A DNA stretch of 64,000 nucleotides, taken from positions 200,262,001-200,326,000 of the forward strand of contig NC_086100.1 of assembly GCF_963921235.1 (NCBI RefSeq), read 5' to 3'. A program made the position numbers and the translations under genes. The stretch is from Mobula hypostoma (taxonomy: Eukaryota). Within the stretch, counting starts at the first letter, position 1; every line of letters starts with the position of its first letter. Positions 49,595 to 60,500 of the stretch are shown one piece after another. The notes under the pieces were generated by a model. That model saw only the letters and a list, made by a program, of their open reading frames with translations, did no database searches and had not been told where the DNA came from.

Positions 49595-50699
49595 TGACTG
49601 CCCAATAATTGTTGTCTTTATTGATCAGGATTTGTTCAAGGAGTAATTACACAGTTCAAACGTTAACTATTTAGTTACACATCTCTTTAGTTTACTTTCA
49701 CAACTCCCAAAACCCACCTCCCCTGTTCAGGTGTTCCCCACCCCAGATGAACCTGGCCAGGGTTCACCGTGAGTTCTTCTCCGAGTCCCTGGATCAGGGT
49801 CTTCTTCACTGGTTGTCTCCAGAGTCAGTGCTGTCGGTGATCTTGTCCGGCACCTTTTTATACATTTCTTCCCAAAGCTCCCAGACATTCACATTTATTT
49901 ATCAGATCTATATTGAAACATACAGTGAAATGTGTGTTTACATTCACAGCCAACACACTGAAGGATGTGCTGAAGGCAGCTCACCAGCGTCACCAGACTT
50001 TCCGGTGCCAAGAGAGCAAACCCAATGTTCAGCAGGAAAATACAACCGGCAGCAACAACAATAACAGCAAAACAAGCCCCTTTTCCACACCCGACCCCTC
50101 CCCTTCACACACACAGGCAGCTTTTCTTTGGTCCCAGACTTTGATTTACAGATATTGGTCCTCCAGCCTCCAGTCCCTGGCATGGACTCACAGATATTGT
50201 CCTTGATCGCCAGACAGGACAACCCTGGGGATTCTACCTTCAGGCCTTGATCTACAGACTCGCCAAATTTGGTGTCTGATCTTTGGACTTCACCCTATGG
50301 ACTTGCTGACACCTGGCCTTCAACCTTGGGCTATGCTCTTCTGGTTGTTCCATCCTCTGGGTACTGACCCCAGGACTCGCTGAGTGGGATTACTAACCTC
50401 CATCCTTTCCACCTGCTGAACTGACCTTCGACTGTGGAGTGCTCTGACCTGAACTCTCAACACCGGCTCCTGCTCTGTGATCTGAACACTAACCCCTAAC
50501 TCCCCAAGTGTCCCCCAACACAAAGAAATGCTAAAAAAGACAAAAAGCTGGAAAAAAAAATCAAAGTCTGAGCCACAACCTCGTCAGAGATCACAGCTCG
50601 GTGCCATCTTGACTGGTGAGAGATCCCGTCCCTCTCCTCAGGAGAATGTTTCTTGAACTATTCCCAGCATCCACATCTCAAACTTTCTCTCTCACACCT

Positions 50700-51410
50700 C
50701 CCTCCTCTACTCCTCTCCATCCCCCTCCCCCTCCGACACCCACCATCCCCTATAATTAATGATCCCTCTCCCCCAGTATCATCCACCCTCCACCACCCAT
50801 CTCCTATCATTAATGATCCCTCTCCCCCAGTATCATCCACTCTCCGCCACCCACCATCCCCTATCATTAATGATCCCTCTCCCCCCGTGTCATCCACCCT
50901 CCACCACTCACCATCCTCTATCATTAATGATCCCTCTCCCCCACTATCATCCACCCTCCACCACCCCTCCCCTCTGCCACCCACCATCCCCTATCATTAA
51001 TGATCCCTCTCCCCCAGTACCATCCACCCTCCACCACCCATCTCCTATCATTAATGATCCCTCTCCCCCAGTACCATCCACCCTCCACCACCCCTCCCCC
51101 TCTGCCACCCACCATCCCCTATCATTAATGATCCCTCTCCCCCAGTACCATCCACCCTCCACCACCCATCTCCTATCATTAATGATCCCTCTCCCCCACT
51201 ATCATCCACCCTCCACCACCCCTCCCCCTCACCACCCACCATCCCCTATCATTAATGATCCCTCTCCCCCACTATCATCCACCCTCCACCACCCCCTCAC
51301 CATCCATCATCCCCTACCTCCTCCAGCATCCCTCATCCTCAACCCTACCCTTGTTCCTCCCCCTAACTCCTCCCCTCCTCATCCTCCTCCTTCTTCTTCC
51401 ACTTCCTCTC
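50700..51410 (+). repeat. C-rich minisatellite, 9 units of 54-74 bp (core ATTAATGATCCCTCTCCCCC) plus a pyrimidine tract
   Basis: Core at ~50755, 50809, 50866, 50923, 50996, 51050, 51124, 51178 and 51251. Confidence 0.92.
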
Positions 51411-51414
51411 CCCA

Positions 51415-51914
51415 GGTAGACTCATTCACAAAGCCAGGAGGCATGGGATCTGAAACATGGCTGCATGTATTCAGAAATGGCTTGCCCATCGAAGGCAGAG
51501 GGTGGGAGGTGAGGGAGGGTATTCTGCCTGGAGATCCGTGACCAAGGTGTTCCATGGGAATCTGTTCTTGGGTCCCAGCTCTTTGTGGATTTTACAAAGG
51601 ACTTGGATGAGGAAGTGGAAGTGGGGGTTAGTAACTTTGCAGATGACATGAAGATTGGTGGAGTGATGGATAGTGCAGAAGGCTGTCGTAGGTTACAATG
51701 GGACATTGACAGGGTGCAGAGCTGGGCTGAGAAGAGGCAGATGGACTTCAATCCAGAAACATGTCAAGTGATTCATTCTGGAAGGTGAAATGTCAAGGAT
51801 TCATTAATGAATTCGTCAAGGATACAGGATTCATAGCAGTGTCGAGGAACAGCGGGATCTTGGGGCCCAAATCCACAGAACCCTCAAAGTTGCTGTTACT
51901 TGACAGGGTGGTTA
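51415..51914 (+). mobile_element. Degenerate CR1 RT fragment (counterpart of 31035-30590)
   Basis: NFADDMKIGG..QWDIDRVQSWAEK. Confidence 0.85.
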
Positions 51915-53993
51915 ATAGACAATAGACAATAGGTGCAGGAGCAGGTAATTCAGCCCTTCGAGCCAGCACTGCCACTTACTGTGATCATGGCTGATCATCC
52001 ACAATTAGTACCCTTTACCTGCCTTCTCTTCATATCCCTTCACTCCGCTATCTTTAAGAGCTCTATCTAACTCTTTTCTGAAAGAATCCAGAGAATTGGC
52101 CTCCACTACCTTCTGAGGCAGAGCATTCCACAGAACCACAACCCTCTGTATGAAAAAGTATTTCCTCAACTCTGTTCTAAATTGTCTACCCCTTATTCTT
52201 AAACTGTGGCCTCTGGTTCTGGACTCCCCCAACATCAGGAACAAGTTTCCTGCCTCTAGCGTGTCCAATCCCTTAATAATCTTATATGTTTCAATCAGAT
52301 CCCCTCTCATCCTTCTAAATTCCAGTGTATACAACCCCAGTCGCTCCAATCTTTCAACATATGCCAGTCCCTCCTTCCCGGGAATTAACCTCGTGAACCT
52401 ACCTTGCACTCCCTCAATAGCCAGAATGTCCTTCCTCAAATTTGGAGACCAAAACTGTGCACAATATTCCAGGTGTGGTCTCAACAGGGCCCTGTACAAC
52501 TGCAGAAGGACCTCTTTGCTCCCCTCAATTCCCCTTGTTATGAAGGCCAGCATGCCATTAGCTTTCTTCACTGCCTGCTGTACCTGCATGCTTACTTTCA
52601 GTGACTGATGAACACGGATACCTAGATCCTGTTGTACTTCCCCTTTTCCCAATTCGACACCATTCAGATAGTAATCTGCCTTCCTGTTCTTGCTACCAAA
52701 GTGGATAACCTCACATTTATCCACATTAAACTGCATCTGTCATGCATCTGCCCACTCACCCAACCTGTCCAAGTCACCCTGCATTCTCATAACATCCTCC
52801 TCACATTTCACACTGCCACCCAGCTTTGTGTCATCTGCAAATTTGCTAATGTTACTTTTAATCCCTTCATCAAAATCATTAATGTATATTGTAAATAGCT
52901 GCGGTCCCAGCACCGAGTCTTGCGGTACCCCACTAGTCACCGCCTGCCATTCGGAAAAGAAGCCGTATGGTATGTTGACCTTCATAGAAAAGAAACCATA
53001 GAAACCATAGAAAAAAAAAACTACAGCACAGAAACAGGCCTTTTGGCCCTTCTTGGCTGTGCTGTACTATTTTCTGCCGAGTCCTACTGACCTGCACACG
53101 GACCATATCCCTCCATACACCTCCCATCCATGTATCTGTCCAATTTATTCTTAAATGTTAAAAAAGAACCCGCATTTACCACCTCGTCTGGCAGCTCATT
53201 CCATACTCCCACCACTCTCTGCGTGAAGAAGTCCCCCCTAATGTTCCCTTTAAACTTTTCCCCCCTCACCCTTAACCCATGTCCTCTGGGTTTTTTTCTC
53301 TCCTTGTCTCAGTGGAAAAAGCCTGCTTGCATTCACTCTATCTATACCCATCATAACTTTATATACCTCTATCAAATCTCCCCTCATTCTTCTACGCTCC
53401 AGGGAATAACGTCCTAACCTATTCAACCTTTCTCTGTAACTGAGTTTCTCAAGTCCTGGCAACATCCTTGTAAACCTTCTCTGCACTCTTTCAACCTTAT
53501 TTATATCCTTCCTGTAATTTGGTGACCAAAACTGAACACAATACTCCAGATTCGACCTCACCAATGCCTTATACAACCTCATCATAAAATTCCAGCTCTT
53601 ATACTCAATACTTCGATTAATAAAGGCCAACATACCAAAAGCTCTCTTTATGACCCTATCTACCTGTGACGCCACTTTTAGGGAATTTTGTATCTGTATT
53701 CCCAGATCCCTCTGTTCTACTACACTCCTCACTGCCTTACCATTAACCCTGTATGTTCTACCTTGGTTTGTCCTTCCAAAGTGCAATACCTCACACTTGT
53801 CTGTATTAAACTCCATCTGCCATTTTACAGCCCATTTTTCCAGCTGGACCAAGTCCCTCTGCAGGCTCTGAAAACCTTCCTCACTGTCTACTACACCTCC
53901 AATCTTTGTATCATCAGCAAATTTGCTGATCCAATTTACCACATTATCATCCAGAACATTGATATAGATGACAAATAACAATGGATCCAGCAC
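51915..53993 (-). mobile_element. Two tandem CR1 3' fragments (53993-52985 and 52960-51915)
   Basis: ORFs 53250-53993 and 52005-52736 are near-identical to 24699-25442 and 25954-26477; tails (TTTCTATGG)n and (GTCTATT)n. Confidence 0.93.
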
Positions 53994-53994
53994 T

Positions 53995-54222
53995 GATCAC
54001 CAGCGACTGAAGCTGTGCAGATTTCCATGACAAGACGTCCATTTTCGCTCCATTGACGTTTGTTGACTCCTTCAGGTCTGTGCCGTTTACAGGAGTGTTG
54101 TGAGTGTACCGGGGTCTCTGAGTCACAGAAAACCCCGCAGGAAGGACATTTCTTTGTACAATTGAATAACCCTTTGAGCAACTCCTTTCTGGGTTTAATG
54201 GATAATTCTTCAATCTTTGCTT
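53995..54222 (-). pseudogene. Extra GVIN C-terminal fragment (mirror of 24470-24697)
   Basis: LKGLFNCTKKCPSCGVFCDSETPVHSQHSCKRHRPEG..MEICTASV. Confidence 0.85.
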
Positions 54223-54574
54223 AGTCGGGACAATGAGTTCAATAGCCATGAGATACTGGCTGCTCATTATCGGGAAGGTATGGAAGCTTTCGAGAGGGTG
54301 CAGAGACGAAGCAGGATGCTGTCTGGAATAAAGAGAACATTTTATGAGACCAAAAGATCATAAGACAGAGGAGCAGAATGAGGCCATTGGACCCATCGAG
54401 TCTGTTCCGCCATTTAATCATGGCTGATCCTTTTCTCCCTTCCTCAACCCCACTCTCCGGCCTGATTTGTGACTGGATTTGGATTTGAACATGTTGTGAT
54501 TTACTCTGCCCAGTCCCGAGACAGAGAGTTTCCCTTTGTCTGTCTTTCACTGAGTAACGCCATTTAAAGGGACT

Positions 54575-57500
54575 TTACCAAGACTGAATGTTTGTATTAT
54601 ACGTCTTGTTCATTTCTTCCCTCACCACATCCCAGTCAATGTTCCAGCTTCCATCGATCGCTGCAGGCTTTGCTCTGTATTCATCAGCAAACTGCTGATT
54701 GAAAGTGTAGAAAACCTTCTTCCAATAGGATGCTGCCTGTGTGGAAATTTCCCGTTGGATAATCCAGGATTTGTAGTAATCATTCACTGTTTGATAATCC
54801 TTGTAGGGATGGTATTTCCCATTTACGTCTTTATTTTGGAATGATGTATCACTTGAGACTGAAGCTGTGCAGATTTCCATTACGAGACGTTCACTGTTTT
54901 TCTATTGACGGTTGTTGAGTCCTTCAGGTCTGTGCTGTTTACAGGAGTGTTATGAGTGTACCGGGGTCTCTGAGTCACAGAAAACCCCACAGAAAGGACA
55001 TTGCTTTGTACAATTGAATAACCCTTTGAACAACTCCTCCCTGGGTTTCATGGATAATTCTTCAATCTTTGCTTCGACATCCCAGCCTTTTACCTCACGG
55101 AGGAGATCCTGCTCCACCTCTTCAATACATGGCAGAATGGCTTCTGCACATTTCTTGCCATCACTGCCACTCCGAAACAGAACGAGTTTCATCTCATCTT
55201 TGGGCATCGAGATTCTTGTGTTTAACTTTTCAACAAACGTGTTTAGGAAGCTCTGAGCATTTCCAGCAAAATTCTGCTTCACTGCATCCTGAACAATGTC
55301 CTTAGCTTGCCCAGTGATCTCTGTGAGGATTTCTTTAGCCAGATGGGTAAATGTGCTCTCTCCATCGCGTTCTGTCTTGCAGTGTTTAATAACTTGCTGA
55401 TGGAGCCAGTCTTTGGTGCAATTCTCAAAGTCTCAGATATACCGAAGATCTTTATCAAATTGATGTGTTTGTTTCAGTTGGACCAGGAGGGCCACAATGA
55501 AGTTGTTGCGGAGACTGTACTTTCACTCAGGGTCGTGTTTTTTCATATCATCCACGATTTTCACACTGAGACTCTTGAGGGTGGCGTCTCGGAGGGCTGG
55601 CAAGAAACAAGAATGTGCAAATCGATCTGCTTGTCTCTGGTTCACATCCTGCTCTGTGTAAATATTGATGAAGAGATCAAAGTATTTACTCTTCATGTTT
55701 TCCAGTCTTCTCCGTGGGTCGTATTTGTGGATGAACCCCCTGTGCATCTGCTGGAATCTTGGTACAGCGTAACCACACAGGTGAAGTTTAAACTCGGCCT
55801 TGAAAACCTCAGACATTGACAAGTGTTGATGTGAGATATTGTCAACTTTTCCCTCTATCATATTCAAAAGTTCAATGCAATATTTATTGTCATAATCCAT
55901 GTCCTTGTTTGTGATATTTGTGATCCAATCTCTGCATTCATCCTCGATGAGCTTTGTAATCATTGCTGCTTCTTCGAGATCTGATTTCAATCTGGATGGA
56001 ATGACTTTACCTGCACCCTGTCTCCAATATGACACGTTGATGTGTTTCTCTTCAATCTGAAAGTACTGGGTCCCCAGTTTACAGAGATTTTCACGTTTCA
56101 GTCTTTCATTAATGACTCTCCCTTGAGTTTTTGTTTCCTCTCTGAGAAGATTTTCAATCTCTAGTTCGATGTTTATTTCTCTACAGGGCTGATACTCCAG
56201 CTGAGAGAGTGTAACTTCCCACATCCTGTCAAATTCATTTTGCAATTCCTGTTCACCCAACACCCGATTTGCTGCTTTACACTTCCGTAAAAGCTCCTTG
56301 ACCAGTTCTCCAATCTTCTTGTGAAAGTTATTACAAATATTATCCACTCCCTGCAGCCCCACCCGTCTATTCACAGCATCTCTACATCTCTGCATTGAAT
56401 CGTGCTGAAGTCGGCTGCATAAACTGGAGATGCTGAGCTTAAATTCCTCTCTGTATTTCTCCATCAGATGCACGTTATCAGCCCCACTTTCATACAGAGC
56501 TTGTAGTTTATCCAGAGTGTCACCCTCCCTTTTGTTCATCTCTGTCCTGATCTCCCTCTCCAGATTATGGAGCAGTTCAGTGAGATCTCCCTTGGCATTG
56601 CTGACTCTATTTTCAGCCCCATTTCTCCAGGAGTGAGTGAATTTGCGGAGTTCCCACTCCCATTCCTTGTACTTCACGGACAGGTGGTTGTAAGCCTCTG
56701 CGACCAGACTGTTCTGGAAGCTGAAAATTAAATTTTCATGTTTCACCTGCTCCCAAAGCCCAGCTATCCATTTGATAAAGTCCGGGATAGTGAAAGCTCC
56801 TTGGGATTTTCTCTGTTGGAGTAGACACTGAATTAGGTTGTTCTTCAGTTGGGAGACATGTTCACTGTAGCCGGTGTTGACTGCAGCCATTGGGGGTGTA
56901 CCATGCCACAGACCAGGGATGTACCAGTTGTCCTTGTCAGCATCATAGTCCATCACATCACGGAACGTTACTCGGTCTACCTTCTCCAGCTTTGCTGCAG
57001 CCTCTGTCATCTTATCCAGCTGTTCCAGGAGTTTCTGACGGCCTCTCAGATTCTGATCGTGCACACTCACATCGCCGATGTTCTGGTGCACAAATATGCA
57101 CTTTGGCCCTTTTCCTGTCTCCTTCATGCAGATTAAGGAATGGACAACAATCTGTAAAATATCCTTCATCTCTGACAGATTTTCCATCCTGACGTTTACC
57201 AATGTTAAGTTGCTTAATCCAACCACGAACGTTGCCAGCTCATTGTCGTGCTCGTAGCTGTCTGTCAGTGTTGCGAGTTCTGGGACTCTCAGCCCCTCTG
57301 TGTCAATGACCAGGATGAACTCACAGCCCAGCTCCTTGGCCAGGCTCCCTGTGACTTTGATCAACTGCATGTAGGCACCTCGTGTACATCGGCCGCTGCT
57401 CACAGCGAACCGCAAACAGAACATTGTGTTGAGGAGTGTGGACTTGCCCGTGCTCTGAACTCCAATCACCGTCAGCACAAACACTCGGCAAGCTCTTCCC

Positions 57501-60500
57501 ACTTTGTCAGCAACTTCTGTGAGAACGGCAGTGATCCATGGAATGGGAACGTTGGAAACATCTCCGTCGATGAGTTCCAATGGGAACCCTTCCAGCAACA
57601 GTTCAGCAGCAACACCTGGGAACTGCGACACCTTTGGGTGGATCTGTGTCCTTTGGTTGACGTTGTGTCCTGTCACTGAAAGTTCATAAATCTGGCCAAG
57701 TTCCCTCATGAAATGCTCGAGTCCCAGGGAACTATCAGACATCTTCTGATCCAACTCCTTCAGTTCCTTCACCCTCTGTTTTGAGTCTTTGCACAGTTCT
57801 TTATAAATTCTACGCAATCCTGCCATAATTTCCCGTGATTTACTGTCCAGGTCCAGCTTCAGCCACTGTAGGGAAATGGCTCTGTCAACCCCACCATGAT
57901 GGGTGAGGTGTTCAATGAACAGCCGCATCTCTTCCGACAGACTCTGTCTGAGCTGAGATTCCCGGATTCTGTTCTTCTCCCGGTCCAGTTCCTGGTTATA
58001 CACTTCTGTGGTTCTGTCCCCACGGAGTTTCATCCGAGATTTCTCTTTTTCAACTTTAGACAACCGTTGCCAGGGCTCTCCATGAAAGGGCAACACTCTC
58101 CTTTTATACCCAGTAATGTCTCCTGAGTCAAGTCTGTCCAGTATTTTGGTCAGTTCCTTGGCTCGTTGTATTTCAGTTTGACGTTCATCGACCCCAATCC
58201 CACTTTCCATCGCAATGTCAGCCATTTGCTCCAGGCTCAGCAAGGTCTGGTCCCTGTCCCTCTTTAGAATTACTTGTTTGATCTGAGAACGGAGCTTTTC
58301 CACAAGTTTAGCTTCATTTGCATTTCTCTGAACAATCCACTGTTGAGATTGTAACTTTAGATTTTTGAAAAGTTTCTTCCCCTGCTCAGGGGTTATGTGT
58401 TGCTGATTGATGTGGGTGTTGACTATGAGAAAGAGTTTTGCTGGTGACTGTGTGAGAGAGGTGAGGAATTCTCTTTCCTTCTCACCGATAATGTCAATGA
58501 AAATAAAGAGAGCAGCAGATACTTTTGCCAGAAACCGAGCGTTTCTCTGGAAGATTTCAGCATCACCTCGGAGGTTAATGAATGCAGCAGCCTCTGGGAA
58601 AATATCCGTGTTACCCTTCCCAGAAGGGAGATACCAGCTGATCTCAGCCATTCCATCGGATATCCTGCGGGGCACATTCCCACATTCCATCTCGGAGTGC
58701 AGGAAGATGTTCTGCTGCAGCTGTGCCTGACTCAGGGTGAGATTGAGGATTCGGGATTTGGACACTGTGCACCTTCCCAGTCTGAGGAAGGACACCATTG
58801 GCATGGCTGCTGTCACGATGGGCACCTCCACAATGGGGCTGCTGCCTGTAGGAGAATGTGGGCACCATGTTTTAACAATGGGCCTCATGGCCCAGAGGAG
58901 AAGGGTGGCACCAGACCCTTCTGTGTGTACCCTCACCTTGTCCATGGGGTGACTGTGTGTGTCTGGCATCAGAAAGGGTAATGCAAACTGGTACAGAGAC
59001 GTCTTCAGCATCAGTTCCTGCTGGAGAAAATGGTCAGCACTGAGAAAAATGGCAGCAATGATATCCAGAGGATTCATCCCAGAAATCCCTGGTCCTTTTA
59101 CCTGAAACAGTCGGCTGAATTCTTCATCATCAATGTCCTCACATTCCTAGAACTGAACAGGTGACCAGTTGGGATTCCTTGCCAGTGAATTGGCTGAGAG
59201 GATTCTTTGGAGAAATCACCAAGGAAGATCTTCTGCTTTGGTTAGATTCCTGTCCTTCAGTTTATCCTGGGACACGTCCCGCTCGGTCTTAGGGGAATGA
59301 TCCTGTATTCCCAAATCCTTTGCAATTTGACAAGGAGTATCATTTAGGGGATTGTTATTTCCATCTGGTAAACCACTGTGTATTCCCTCTGAGATACCCT
59401 CTGTTCCTTCTGAGATGTGAAATGAATTCTGATGAGATCGTTCCTCTGATGCCTGGAAGTCTTCAGCGTCCATTTTTCTCTGCACTTCTGAGGTGAGTTC
59501 TCTGGTTTGTTGTATTTCAGTTTGACGTTCATCAACCCCAATCCCACTTTCCATCGCAATATCAGCCATTTGCTCCAGGCTCAGCAAGGTCTGGTCCCTG
59601 TCCCTCATTAGAATTACTTGTTTGATCTGAGAACGGAGCTTTGCCACAAGTTTAGCCTCATTTATTTTTATCAGAACAATGCATTGTTGACGTTTTAACT
59701 TTAGATCTTTGAAAAGTTTCTTCACCTGCTCAGGGGTTAGATGTTGCCGATTGATGTGGGTGTTGACTATGAGAAAGAGTTTTGCTGGTGACTGTGTGAG
59801 AGAGGTGAGGAATTCTCTTTCCTTCTCACCGATAATGTCAATGAAAATAAAGAGAGCAGCAGATACTTTTGCCAGAAACCGAGCGTTTCCCTGGAAGATT
59901 TCAGCATCACCTCGGAGGTTAATGAACGCAACAGCCTCTGGGAAAATATCCGTGTTACTCTTCCCAGAAGGGAGATACCAGCTGATCTCAGCCATTCCAT
60001 CGGATATCCTGCGGGGCACATTCCCACATTCCATCTCGGAGTGCAGGAAGATGTTCTGCTGCAGCTGTGCCTGACTCAGGGTGAGATTGAGGATTCGGGA
60101 TTTGGACACTGTGCACCTTCCCAGTCTGAGGAAGGACAGAGTTGGCATGGCTGCTGTCACGATGGGCACCTCCACAATGGGGCTGCTGTCTGTAGGAGAA
60201 TGTGGGCACCATGTTTTAACAATGGGCCTCATGGCCCAGAGGAGAAGGGTGGCACCAGACCCTTCTGTGTGTCCCCTCACCCTGTCCATGGGGTGACTGT
60301 GAGTGTCTGGCATCAGAAAGGGTAATGCAAACTGGCACAGAGACATCTTCAGCATCAGTTCCTGCTGGAGAAAGTGGTCAGCACAGAGGAAAATGGCAGC
60401 AATGATATCCAGAGGATTCATCCCATCATCCTCTGGTCCCCTAACTTCAAAGAAATCACTGAAGTCTTCATCATCATCATCCTCACCGTCTGAGGACAGA

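Noticed and set aside
50653..51541. Pro/His-rich ORFs (115 and 260 aa)
   Set aside because: These are translations of the C-rich minisatellite.
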